This document shows positions 18,193 to 27,721 of a stretch of 64,000 bases of DNA, one piece after another. Both the position numbers and the translations under genes were made by a program. The notes under the pieces are model-generated. The model saw nothing but the letters and a program-made list of their open reading frames with translations, was not told the DNA's origin and ran no database searches. This DNA is from Candidatus Saccharimonadales bacterium (GTDB taxonomy: Bacteria; Patescibacteriota; Saccharimonadia; Saccharimonadales; DASZAF01): NCBI GenBank assembly GCA_035480055.1, contig DATIIB010000006.1, positions 73,209-137,208 of the forward strand. The letters are read 5' to 3'. Position 1 is the stretch's first letter. Each line of letters begins with the position of its first letter.

Positions 18193-18870
18193 CTATGCGT
18201 GGTTTTCTTCTTGAGTGAGCGCGGGGATATACTTCTCCCCATTAATTTGCGAGAGTAAACCGTGATTATTCGTTAGGACTGCTCGAACAGCCGCCTTACC
18301 TCGAAATACACGAGAACGCACGGTTCCTAAATTCAGGCCATGCGTGTCGGCGTATTCTTGATAAGACACCCCATAGCCACTACAGGCCATGACAGCCTCA
18401 AAGAGTGCAGGATGAATTTTTTCTTGCACCTTCTTTAAGGCGTCAATCGCATCCATCTCTCTCGAAGAGTCTGCGATAGGATCATGAGGAGCAGCAATGC
18501 CCGCTATTGATTCAGCAAGATCGCCTAGATCGTAAGAGGGCATCGCATTGTCTCGTTTTCTCTGGCGCTTTAAAACATCAAAGGAGAGGTTGCGAGCAAT
18601 GGTCATTACCCAAGGCGTGTACCCGCGTTCGGTAAGTTCAAAATTGCCTATATTCTGCGCAATCCGTATGGCTGTCTCTTGTAGAAGATCTTCGGCAGCT
18701 TGTGGACCATGGCGATGTCTGCCAAAGAGTCTGAGCATTTTAGGACCATCAGTTTCGAGTATCGCAAGCGCTTTCTGCCAATCTGCTTCTGAGATTTCTG
18801 GCGCTTCTGGGATTGTACCTTCGTGAGAGGGAGAAGTCTCTGGCTGATTAAGGACCTCTGTCATGGTCAT
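18193..18870 (-). CDS. RNA polymerase sigma-70 family (ECF-type) sigma factor
   Basis: Region 2 reads LLQETAIRIAQNIGNFE...YTPWVMTIARNLSFDVLKRQRK. Region 4 reads YQEYADTHGLNLGTVRSRVFRGKAAV. The second ATG (18864) lies 9 nt after a TAAAAT box and may be the true start. Confidence 0.8.
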   Translation of the reverse strand: MTMTEVLNQPETSPSHEGTIPEAPEISEADWQKALAILETDGPKMLRLFGRHRHGPQAAEDLLQETAIRIAQNIGNFELTERGYTPWVMTIARNLSFDVLKRQRKRDNAMPSYDLGDLAESIAGIAAPHDPIADSSREMDAIDALKKVQEKIHPALFEAVMACSGYGVSYQEYADTHGLNLGTVRSRVFRGKAAVRAVLTNNHGLLSQINGEKYIPALTQEENHA

Positions 18871-18983
18871 ACTATTTTACAATATTGTCATGGGAAGAGC
18901 AATAGAGGCTGTTGCCAAAACTCAATTAAAGGTGCATACTATGGACAACTTTAATTACTCAAATAATAATCTCTGGAGAAACT

Positions 18984-20423
18984 ATGACAGCAACCGACAA
19001 AGCCCCAAATGTGTCTTCGCGCGTCTTTAAGCGAACCAAAATCCTCGCCACCGTTGGCCCCGCAACTGACAGTTACGAGCAGATGTTTTCAATGCTCAAA
19101 ACCGGAGTGAATGGCTTTCGAATGAACTTTAGCCACGGCGACCACGAAGAACATGGCCGCCGCATCAAGTGGGCCCGCGAAGCCAGTACAGCCGTTGGCA
19201 AGCCGGTCGCGGTACTGCAAGATCTGCAAGGCCCCAAGATTCGCCTGGGCGACTTTGATGGCCGGATCGAAGTGCAAGCTGGCGATGTGCTGCAGTTTGG
19301 TTATAAGGTGACGTACCAAAAGGGCGGCATCATTCCAGTACAGTACGACCTTAGCCAAAAAATGAAGATTGGCGAACGGCTTTACCTTTTTGACGGCAAA
19401 CTGCGCGGGATTGTCAGCGATATTCAGCCGGGCATCGTGACTGCCAAGATTGATAACAATGGCTTTTTGCTGAAACGTAAAGGCATTAACTTACCTGATA
19501 CCGACTTTGGTGGCGACATTTTAACTCCCAAAGATCTTCGCGATATTGAATATGGAGTGACCCAGGATATCGATTATGTCGCGCTCAGTTTTGTGCAAAC
19601 CGCCGAGGATATCACCAATCTTCGCCGCATCCTTGAAAGCCATGGCAGCGACGCCAAAGTGATCGCCAAGATCGAAACGCAAGCAGCAATTGAACCAGCA
19701 AACCTGGAAGAGATTGTCCGCGTGAGCGACGGTGTGATGGTCGCTCGGGGTGACTTGGCCGTAGAAGTCAGCCCTGAAGTTGTTCCTGTGGTGCAACGCC
19801 AGATTATTGGTTACTGCCAACAATACGGCAAGCTGAGCATTGTGGCCACGCAAATGCTCGCCAGCATGGTGGATAATCCTGAACCAACTCGCGCCGAAGT
19901 CTCGGACGTAGCCAACGCGGTGATTACCGGTGCTGATTGCGTAATGCTGAGCGACGAGACCGCTAATGGCCAATATCCTATTGAAACCATTGCCACCATG
20001 AAGCGGATCATTCTGTTTACCCAAAACAATGCCGCGTTTAACCCAATCTTTGCGCATCAGAGCCAGGACACTTTGCAAGGCGCAATCAGCTCATCGGTAT
20101 TGACGCTCGCCAACCAGATTAAAGCAGCTGCCATTGTGGTGCAAACCAAATCCGGCGACACCGCGCTCAGTATGGCCAGCTATCGTCCGAACATGCCGTT
20201 GGTGGTGGTGACTTCAACTCCACGCGTGGCGAGTCAATTAGCGCTGATGCATGCCAGCAAGACCTTCCTGCGCGAAGATGTTGAGAATGTGGGCGCAAAC
20301 CTTGCTCAATGGCTCAAAGATCAGGGTGTCTTTACTCGCGGCGACCGCGTGGTGATCATTAGTGGCCGACAGCCAGGTTTAGTGGGCGGGACCGACACGA
20401 TCAAGGTGCGGGTGCTCGAGTAA
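18984..20423 (+). CDS. pyk: pyruvate kinase
   Basis: The segments KILATVGPAT...GVNGFRMNFSHGDHEEH and MVARGDLAVE are present. Length is 479 aa. Confidence 0.95.
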   Translation: MTATDKAPNVSSRVFKRTKILATVGPATDSYEQMFSMLKTGVNGFRMNFSHGDHEEHGRRIKWAREASTAVGKPVAVLQDLQGPKIRLGDFDGRIEVQAGDVLQFGYKVTYQKGGIIPVQYDLSQKMKIGERLYLFDGKLRGIVSDIQPGIVTAKIDNNGFLLKRKGINLPDTDFGGDILTPKDLRDIEYGVTQDIDYVALSFVQTAEDITNLRRILESHGSDAKVIAKIETQAAIEPANLEEIVRVSDGVMVARGDLAVEVSPEVVPVVQRQIIGYCQQYGKLSIVATQMLASMVDNPEPTRAEVSDVANAVITGADCVMLSDETANGQYPIETIATMKRIILFTQNNAAFNPIFAHQSQDTLQGAISSSVLTLANQIKAAAIVVQTKSGDTALSMASYRPNMPLVVVTSTPRVASQLALMHASKTFLREDVENVGANLAQWLKDQGVFTRGDRVVIISGRQPGLVGGTDTIKVRVLE

Positions 20424-20499
20424 TCTTGATTAATCGTAGTACAGTTGCGCGAGCTTCTTGCGGCGTGCTTTAATTAGGGTAAGCGCTTACGCTTTAATT

Positions 20500-21777
20500 A
20501 TGACGTTTTTCAAAAAAACCATTAAAGATGTCCCTTTGGCTGGTCGCACTGTGTTGGTGCGAGCTGATTATAATGTCCCGTTAACTCCGCAGGGCAAGAT
20601 TCACGATGATTATCGTATGCAGCAATCGCTGCCCACTTTGCAGTATTTGCTGGAGCAAGGATGCAAGGTGGTTATCTGTGCGCATCTTGGCCGGCCTGAG
20701 GGTAAGGTAAACCCAGAGTTTAGTCTCGAAGCTGTTGCCACGCATTTGGGCAAGCTGCTCGATCGGCCGGTGACGTTCGTGCCGCAAAGTGTCGGTGATT
20801 TAGTCAAGCAAACGGTCAGGAAGTTGCCAGCAGGATCGGTGGCGCTACTGGAGAATTTACGATTTCATCCAGGCGAAGAAGCCAACGATCCAGCTTTTGC
20901 CAAACGTCTAGCAACCGACAGCACCGCGACTTACTTTGTGCAGGATGGCTTTGGCGTGGTGCACCGTAAGCACGCCAGCACCGATGCGATCACTCAGTTT
21001 CTGCCCAGTGTCGCTGGCTTGTTATTGCGGAAAGAATACATGGCAATCACCAACGCTGTAGAGCATCCACAGCGCCCCTTAACCATTGTGATGGGTGGCG
21101 CCAAAGTGGCTGACAAGATCGATCTGATCGAAAAATTTATTGAGATTGCCGATACGTTAATTATTGGCGGCGCGATCGCGAATACCTTTCTTAAATTCTA
21201 TGCTGGCTACGAAGTAGGCAAGAGTATCTACGATGCTGATGCGGCTGACGAAGTGGCACGGCTGATGCAGAAAGCCTGCCAAAAGTGGTGCCAGCAACCC
21301 AAGGACAGCGCCTGTGATTGTTTGACCTGCCCAGATTGCGCGGCGCATCTGCTCTTGCCCGTGGATGTGGCGGTCGGTACCGCGATTGATCCAGCCACGA
21401 AGCGCGAGGTGGCTGCTCTGACAGAGGTAGATGCCGATGATTACATTTTGGATATGGGCAAGGAAACCATCTCGCGCATGGTTGATCATCTTGAAAAATC
21501 TGGCCAAGTATTGTGGAACGGGACGCTTGGGTATGCCGAGATTGCGCAATTTGCGTATGGCTCCAACTTTGTGGCCGGAACTTTGGCCAGCAATCATGGC
21601 AAGATCGCCAACCTAATCGGCGGTGGTGATACGGCCGACTTTGTGATGCATTGGTTGCACACGCAACATCGTAAGGTTGAGGATTGCTTTGATCATGTCT
21701 CAACTGGCGGCGGGGCGAGCTTGGATTTGCTGGCTGGCAAAAAATTACCGGGGATCGAAGCATTGCTGGACGCGTAG
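20500..21777 (+). CDS. pgk: phosphoglycerate kinase (with a Cys-rich insertion)
   Basis: The start is placed at MTFFKKTIKDVPLAGRTVLVRADYNVP (ATG 20500). The motifs GRPEGK and STGGGASLDLL are present. There is an extra segment CQKWCQQPKDSACDCLTCPDC. Confidence 0.93.
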   Translation: MTFFKKTIKDVPLAGRTVLVRADYNVPLTPQGKIHDDYRMQQSLPTLQYLLEQGCKVVICAHLGRPEGKVNPEFSLEAVATHLGKLLDRPVTFVPQSVGDLVKQTVRKLPAGSVALLENLRFHPGEEANDPAFAKRLATDSTATYFVQDGFGVVHRKHASTDAITQFLPSVAGLLLRKEYMAITNAVEHPQRPLTIVMGGAKVADKIDLIEKFIEIADTLIIGGAIANTFLKFYAGYEVGKSIYDADAADEVARLMQKACQKWCQQPKDSACDCLTCPDCAAHLLLPVDVAVGTAIDPATKREVAALTEVDADDYILDMGKETISRMVDHLEKSGQVLWNGTLGYAEIAQFAYGSNFVAGTLASNHGKIANLIGGGDTADFVMHWLHTQHRKVEDCFDHVSTGGGASLDLLAGKKLPGIEALLDA

Positions 21778-21817
21778 TTAAGAAGTATAGTAGGATATAA
21801 TCATAAGCGAAATATTT

Positions 21818-22591
21818 ATGGGCAAAAAACTGATCATTGCCAATTGGAAGATGCATTTTACGGTGGGGCAGGCAAGCCTGTTTTTACACCGATTGCAAGA
21901 ACGCGTGCCACTGCACCGCGACGTTGAAGTAGTGCTGTGTCCGAATTTTTTGGCCATGCAGTCGCTGTCGCTGCAACTCGATCGTCACAAGTTCAAACTT
22001 GGCGCTCAGAACTGTTACGAAAAAGACGAAGGCGCATTTACAGGTGAAGTTTCAGCCACTATGCTGCGTGGTTTGGCGAGCTATATTATTGCTGGCCACT
22101 CTGAGCGTCGGTATATTCTGGGAGAAACTGATAAGCAGATTGCCCAAAAAGTCTCCGCCATTATCCGTAACGATATCACTCCAGTGTTATGCGTAGGCGA
22201 GACCGAAATTGAGCGCAAGCACGGCGAGACGCGCGATGTACTCCACGACCAAGTAACAACTGGCGTGGCGCATTTGACTGCCAGTGAGATCAAAAACATG
22301 GTTATCGCCTACGAACCGGTGTGGGCAATTGGCACCGGTAATTACGCCAAACCAGATGATGTTGCCGAGGCAGTTGCTCTGATTCGTAACCAAATCAAAG
22401 CTCTATATGGTGCGCCAGCAGCCATGATGGTTCGCGTACTGTATGGCGGGAGTGTTGATGCTGATAATGCCGGAGCATACCTGGTGACCGAAGGCGTAGA
22501 CGGTTTATTAGTCGGTGGCGCAAGCCTCAATTATGATGTGTTTTCACGTATTGTAAGCAAAGCTCATCAAGTCGCTGAGCAAGAAAAATAA
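21818..22591 (+). CDS. tpiA: triose-phosphate isomerase
   Basis: The motifs IANWKM, AGHSERR and AYEPVWAIGTG are present. Confidence 0.95.
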   Translation: MGKKLIIANWKMHFTVGQASLFLHRLQERVPLHRDVEVVLCPNFLAMQSLSLQLDRHKFKLGAQNCYEKDEGAFTGEVSATMLRGLASYIIAGHSERRYILGETDKQIAQKVSAIIRNDITPVLCVGETEIERKHGETRDVLHDQVTTGVAHLTASEIKNMVIAYEPVWAIGTGNYAKPDDVAEAVALIRNQIKALYGAPAAMMVRVLYGGSVDADNAGAYLVTEGVDGLLVGGASLNYDVFSRIVSKAHQVAEQEK

Positions 22592-22605
22592 GGGAGAGGT
22601 GGGAC

Positions 22606-23724
22606 ATGGCGAACGATCTGAATTTCGATGAGCTTGATCAAGCAGTGAACAGTTATATGAAGAAGGGTCCGCCGAGCCAGCCTGCGCCGCCAGCAGATCC
22701 TCCCGTAACTCCTCCTTCAACTGCCATGCCGGTATCTTCTACGCCGCCGACAACTCCTGTTGCGACGCCTCCAACTCCAGCTTTAACGCCCGCGTCGCAG
22801 TCCGCTGCCTCGCGTGTGCAGCTGCGCCCCCGCCAAACTCTGGCTGGTCGACGCGCCGGTGGCACGACAACTTTTCATGATATTATGCCCGCGCACCGTC
22901 GTGCTGCAGTAAGTGCTCCAACAAAACCGGCGATGCCATCGCGGGTGGCAGTTGATATCCAGCCTCCAACCCTCACTGCGCCGCCCAAACCACCGGCTGC
23001 TGCACCCTTGCTTGGCAAACCGGAAGAGCCGGCCAAAGTGACTCTTTCAGATCAGCCGGAAGTTGCCACTTCAACAGCGGCGCTGATTGGTGAAAAGCCG
23101 AAGATTCTTGGCGGCGAAACCGACGCCTCGTCCGCGACATCTTCTACAGGCACAGCAACGATACCGCTCACTCCTCTCGATCCTCCAGTAAAGACAGATG
23201 AATCTCCAGCCGCGTCTTCAGAGTCAGAAACGTCCGCTCCTCCTCCTGCGGAGAGTGTCGGCGGCATTTCTGATGCACTGCTCGAAGACTTAGGCAAAGC
23301 CGGAAGCACAGGCGCGGTCGCCACTTCGCCTCAATCAGAGTCAAAGACTCCGTCACCTATGCCTGAGGTTCCCGCTGTTCCCACGCCAACCGAAAAACCT
23401 AAGCCAGCAGGAGTACTCTCGGGAACGCCACTTGAACTCGAAGATAAAGCGCCACCGCATGGCGGCATGTTAGACACTGGCGAACTGCACGCCGGCCTGC
23501 CAGCTGGTAAAGCCATGGATAGTGGCCACATGTTGGAGACCGGCGACGATAAAGAAGCCAAGGTCTTTGACACCAAGGAGTACCATACGCCAATCGCAGC
23601 CAATCACGAAGTGGCTCATGCCAAGAACAAAAAGTGGGAAGTGTTGATCGCTATTCTGGTCATTTTGATCGTCGGCGCCGCAGGCTTTGTGGCCTACATG
23701 ATGGCTTTCCAAAGCGGCAAATAG
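22606..23724 (+). CDS. proline/threonine/alanine-rich protein with a single C-terminal TM anchor (hypothetical)
   Basis: 372-aa low-complexity ORF ending in WEVLIAILVILIVGAAGFVAYMMAF. GGGAGAGG lies upstream of the ATG. Confidence 0.6.
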   Translation: MANDLNFDELDQAVNSYMKKGPPSQPAPPADPPVTPPSTAMPVSSTPPTTPVATPPTPALTPASQSAASRVQLRPRQTLAGRRAGGTTTFHDIMPAHRRAAVSAPTKPAMPSRVAVDIQPPTLTAPPKPPAAAPLLGKPEEPAKVTLSDQPEVATSTAALIGEKPKILGGETDASSATSSTGTATIPLTPLDPPVKTDESPAASSESETSAPPPAESVGGISDALLEDLGKAGSTGAVATSPQSESKTPSPMPEVPAVPTPTEKPKPAGVLSGTPLELEDKAPPHGGMLDTGELHAGLPAGKAMDSGHMLETGDDKEAKVFDTKEYHTPIAANHEVAHAKNKKWEVLIAILVILIVGAAGFVAYMMAFQSGK

Positions 23725-23770
23725 AGGATAGATAGGTTCTACAACAAATTGCCAGTGCTTTTCTGGTAGA

Positions 23771-25933
23771 ATGAACGTTGTGAATCATTTACTTGCGGAA
23801 TTGAACGACCAGCAGCGGGTGGCTGTAGAGCAGACCGAAGGTCCGGTGCTCATTCTCGCCGGAGCAGGCTCGGGTAAAACCAAGACACTGACGCATCGCA
23901 TTGCCTACATGCTGACCAGCAAAGAAACCAAGCCGCACAATGTTTTGGCGGTCACCTTTACCAACAAAGCGGCGCGCGAGATGCGCGAGCGACTTGCTCA
24001 TTTGATCGGTAACCCGCAGTTGGCATTTGATCGTAGCTTCATGCCTTATATGGGGACCTTTCACTCGATTTGCGTGCGACTATTAAGGATTGATGGCGAG
24101 CAGATTGGCATTAGCCGCAACTTTGTTATCTTTGATGAAGACGATCGCATCAGCGCAGTCAAACAAGCTATGAAACAAAAGGGAATTGGCGACAAGCAGT
24201 TCACGCCTCGAGCCATTCTCAGTTTGATCAGCTCGGCCAAAAACGAATTAATTGGTCACGAAGAATATGCTGGCAGCGCGAATATGCCACTGCAGCGGGC
24301 TGCAGCCGAAGTGTATCCGCTGTATGAACGGATGCGCAAAGACGCCTCGGCCATGGACTTTGATGATTTAATTGGCGAAACGGTTCGTTTGCTGCAAACT
24401 GTACCAGCCATTGGCGACAAGTGGCGCAACCAATTCCATTATGTGATGGTGGACGAGTATCAGGACACCAATGCGGCTCAGTATCGTTTGGTAAAGCTGC
24501 TGACCAATGAGCGGAATAATCTCTGCGTGGTCGGGGACGATTGGCAGTCTATTTACAGCTGGCGAGGGGCGGATTTTCGCAATATTCTTAATTTCGAACG
24601 TGATTACCCCAAAACGACAGTGATTAAACTGGAGCAAAACTATCGCAGCACCAAAAATATTTTGAATGCCGCACACAATGTGATCAGTAAGAACGAGCAA
24701 CGCTCGGACAAAAAGCTGTGGACCGCTGCTGGCGATGGCAGCCCGGTCAAGATCGATCAAGCGATCAACGAACATCACGAAGGCGAAATGATTGTGCAAC
24801 GAATTAAATCCGCGGTCGAGATCGGCGCGAGGCGCTATCGCGATCACGCTGTACTGTATCGCACCAACGCGCAGTCGCGGGCAATTGAAGAAAGCTTTAT
24901 TCGCTACGGCGTCCCGTATCGCATGGTTGGCGGCCAGCGTTTTTACGATCGCAAAGAGATCAAAGATATTATTGCCTACCTGCGATTGCTGTATCAACCA
25001 AACGATCGTCCGAGCTTTTTGCGCGTGGTAAATGTGCCCACGCGTGGTCTGGGAGCAACCTCGGTGACGAAGTTTTTGGATTGGCAAGCGTCGAGTGGAC
25101 TCACGATTATTGAGGCGCTGTATCAGGCCGAGCTGTGCACCGCTGTCCAGGCCCGGGCGCGCAAAAGCTTTTTTGAACTGGGCGAGATGCTCCAGAAGCT
25201 GGGCGAATTTTCCACTGACGCCAGCATTGCCGAACTCATTGACGCCATCATGCGCCGCACCGATTACGAGCACTTTATTAATGACGGGAGCGCACAGGCT
25301 GAAGCCCGGCTGGAAAACCTGAAAGAGCTCGTCTCTGTGGCGCGTGAGTATGAAGAATTAGGGCTAAGCGGTTTTCTGGAAGAAGTGGCTCTGATTTCTG
25401 ATCTCGACACCGTTGAAGACCAAAGCGATGCCGTGACCTTGATGACCCTCCACGCAGCCAAAGGGCTGGAATTCCCGGTGGTCTTTATGATTGGCATGGA
25501 GGAATCGATTTTCCCGCATTCCCGCGCCCTTTTTAATCCCGAAGAAATGGAAGAAGAGCGCCGCCTTTGCTATGTGGGAATGACGCGCGCCCGCGAGGAA
25601 CTGCATCTGTTAAGCGCTGCCTCACGTCTGATTTATGGCACCACGCAACACAATCCACCGTCGCGCTTTTTGGCAGATGTGGACCCGTCGCGCCAATACA
25701 ATTTGTCTGGATTTGCCGGCGCGCAGTCCAGCGAACCGATCGTTTTTGGTTACAGCGAACCCGAGTTTGTCCCAGATGAAGAAGAAACTTTGCATGTTGG
25801 CGAAGCGGTTCGTCATAAAATCTTCGGCCAAGGTAAGGTGGTGGCAATCGACGGCTTTAATGTCAGCATCGCGTTTGGCGATCGAGGCATCAAAAAGTTG
25901 AACGTCCAATTTGCGCCGATTGAGCGGGTATAA
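23771..25933 (+). CDS. pcrA: ATP-dependent DNA helicase PcrA/UvrD (SF1)
   Basis: Helicase motifs AGAGSGKTKTL, VDEYQDTN, QNYRST and TLHAAKGLEFPVVF are present. The listed ATG overlaps a TGGTAGAAT -10-like box, so GTG 23780 is an alternative start. Confidence 0.93.
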   Translation: MNVVNHLLAELNDQQRVAVEQTEGPVLILAGAGSGKTKTLTHRIAYMLTSKETKPHNVLAVTFTNKAAREMRERLAHLIGNPQLAFDRSFMPYMGTFHSICVRLLRIDGEQIGISRNFVIFDEDDRISAVKQAMKQKGIGDKQFTPRAILSLISSAKNELIGHEEYAGSANMPLQRAAAEVYPLYERMRKDASAMDFDDLIGETVRLLQTVPAIGDKWRNQFHYVMVDEYQDTNAAQYRLVKLLTNERNNLCVVGDDWQSIYSWRGADFRNILNFERDYPKTTVIKLEQNYRSTKNILNAAHNVISKNEQRSDKKLWTAAGDGSPVKIDQAINEHHEGEMIVQRIKSAVEIGARRYRDHAVLYRTNAQSRAIEESFIRYGVPYRMVGGQRFYDRKEIKDIIAYLRLLYQPNDRPSFLRVVNVPTRGLGATSVTKFLDWQASSGLTIIEALYQAELCTAVQARARKSFFELGEMLQKLGEFSTDASIAELIDAIMRRTDYEHFINDGSAQAEARLENLKELVSVAREYEELGLSGFLEEVALISDLDTVEDQSDAVTLMTLHAAKGLEFPVVFMIGMEESIFPHSRALFNPEEMEEERRLCYVGMTRAREELHLLSAASRLIYGTTQHNPPSRFLADVDPSRQYNLSGFAGAQSSEPIVFGYSEPEFVPDEEETLHVGEAVRHKIFGQGKVVAIDGFNVSIAFGDRGIKKLNVQFAPIERV

Positions 25934-25959
25934 TCAAAGAGAAACGCACAGCTGTATAC

Positions 25960-25988
25960 TTGACACAAATAAGCTTTTACAGTATAAT
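25960..25988 (+). promoter_or_regulatory. consensus sigma70 promoter TTGACA-17nt-TATAAT
   Basis: TTGACA lies at 25960-25965 and TATAAT at 25983-25988. The ATG at 26000 follows 11 nt later with no SD. Confidence 0.7.
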
Positions 25989-25999
25989 ATCCTATCGTT

Positions 26000-27220
26000 A
26001 TGTTGCAGAGTTTGTTATACTCGCTATCAGCTATTATGGCTATGAGTGAGCATATTACTAAAAAATTCACCCGCACATATCTTGTTGGCGCTGTTGTTGC
26101 GCTGACGCTGTTGGGAGTGATTGGTGTGATTCGGCCAAGACATCACGTTGTGGCCAGTAACTACACCTATGTGACGGTGCATTATGATGGCACCGAGCAA
26201 ACCCTTGCCACCGATGCCAAAACGGTCGGTGAACTCTTGGACCGTGCCAAAATTCCGGTTGATGCCAATGATGACATTGAGCCTTCCAAGGACACGGCGC
26301 TTATTTCGAACGATTATAACGTGAATATTTATCGTGCCCGTCCGATCATTGTTGTGGATGGCGCCAGCCGCTACAGCATTATTACCGCTGCCCAAAGTCC
26401 TAAGCAGATGGCTGAAGCTGCAGGGCTGACTCTTTATCCTGAAGACAAGGCGGACATCAGCCGCGTTGACGACTTTGTGAGCGACGGCACAGTAGGCACT
26501 AAGGTGACCGTTGATCGGGCAGTGCCTGTGAGCTTTGCACTTTATGGCAACCCGGCAGTTAACCGTACTCAAGCGACAACGGTTGGTGACTTTCTGCACG
26601 AGAAAAACATTACCCTGCAACAAGGCGATAGCGTTTCGCCAAGCCCGGCCACGCCGATTACGGCTGATATGACCATTGCGGTTACTCATAGCGGTACGCA
26701 ATTGGTCACGGTTGAAGAACCGATTCCGTTTGAAACGCAGAGCATTAACGATGCTGACCAACCTGTGGGCTATAAGCAAGTAAAGACGCCTGGACAGAAT
26801 GGCGCTAAGTTGGTGACCTACGAAGTGCAGATCGAAAACGGCAAAGAAGTCGGCCGTAAGGTACTGAACAGCATTACCAAAACCGATCCTACCAAGCAAA
26901 TCGAAGTGGTCGGTGTAAAGGTGAACCTGCCAGCTGGCTCGCACCAAGATTGGATGTCCGCAGCCGGGATTTCTGCAGGCGACTATGGCTATGTGGACTA
27001 CATTATTTCTCACGAAAGTGGCTGGCGCTACAACGCCCAGGGCTTTGGCACGACCTATGGTCTGTGTCAGGCATATCCTGGCGGCAAGATGGCCTCAGCT
27101 GGTGCTGACTGGCAAACCAACCCAGTGACGCAGCTGAAGTGGTGTAGCGGCTACGCGACCAGCCGATATGGCTCGTGGGCAGCTGCCTACAATCACTGGC
27201 TTGCTTCACATAACTGGTAA
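26000..27220 (+). CDS. membrane-anchored cell-wall protein: 3x DUF348 + G5 + C-terminal lysozyme-like domain (RpfB/YabE-like architecture)
   Basis: The N-terminus is a TM segment. Three repeats of about 50 aa follow (for example TVGELLDRAKIPV and TVGDFLHEKNITL). The G5-like segment is YKQVKTPGQNGAKLVTYEVQIENGKEVGRKVL...QIEVVGVK. The C-terminus is ISHESGWRYNAQ...YGLCQ...SRYGSWAAAYNHW. Confidence 0.75.
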   Translation: MLQSLLYSLSAIMAMSEHITKKFTRTYLVGAVVALTLLGVIGVIRPRHHVVASNYTYVTVHYDGTEQTLATDAKTVGELLDRAKIPVDANDDIEPSKDTALISNDYNVNIYRARPIIVVDGASRYSIITAAQSPKQMAEAAGLTLYPEDKADISRVDDFVSDGTVGTKVTVDRAVPVSFALYGNPAVNRTQATTVGDFLHEKNITLQQGDSVSPSPATPITADMTIAVTHSGTQLVTVEEPIPFETQSINDADQPVGYKQVKTPGQNGAKLVTYEVQIENGKEVGRKVLNSITKTDPTKQIEVVGVKVNLPAGSHQDWMSAAGISAGDYGYVDYIISHESGWRYNAQGFGTTYGLCQAYPGGKMASAGADWQTNPVTQLKWCSGYATSRYGSWAAAYNHWLASHNW

Positions 27221-27266
27221 TCCAGCGCCGTAGCGTTTCGACGAAGGCGAGTGCTATACTACTTGT

Positions 27267-27689
27267 ATGACCTATAGCTTCGACGGCGACACGTATATAG
27301 TAGTCCTCAAAAAAGACGAAGAACTCCTGCAAGAACTGCGCAACTTTGTACAGCAGACTGACCTAAAAGCTGCCTGGTTGAGCGCGGTGGGTGGGGCGCT
27401 CGGCGTCGAACTTGGCTACTACAACCTCGAAAAGCGCGAGTACCAGTGGCGGACCTTTGAGCAACTTTGTGAGATTGTCAGCCTTCAAGGGAATATCAGC
27501 CGTGACGAAAAAAACAAGCCAGCGATTCATCTGCATGGCGTCTTTGCGGACGAAGCCTATCAAACCATTGGTGGCCATGTGAACAAATTGATTGTGGGCG
27601 GGACCTGCGAAGTGATGCTCCGAGAGTTTAGCCAACCACTTGCGCGTCAGTTCGATGACGAGACTGGATTGCGATTGTTACAGATCTAG
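27267..27689 (+). CDS. PPC (DUF296) domain protein
   Basis: 140 aa. The pattern ...AWLSAVGGALGVELGYY...SLQGNIS....IHLHGVFAD...GGHV... is typical of PPC/DUF296. TGCTATACT ends 6 nt before the ATG. Confidence 0.6.
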   Translation: MTYSFDGDTYIVVLKKDEELLQELRNFVQQTDLKAAWLSAVGGALGVELGYYNLEKREYQWRTFEQLCEIVSLQGNISRDEKNKPAIHLHGVFADEAYQTIGGHVNKLIVGGTCEVMLREFSQPLARQFDDETGLRLLQI

Positions 27690-27721
27690 CCGCAGATTAA
27701 GAGATGCGCTAAGCTGGAAGC

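Noticed and set aside
24368-25273. 301-aa ORF antisense to pcrA
   Set aside because: It is a shadow ORF within a gene that carries all SF1 helicase motifs.
26027-27013. 328-aa ORF antisense to the DUF348/G5 gene
   Set aside because: It is a shadow ORF. The plus-strand gene has clear domain repeats and a consensus promoter.
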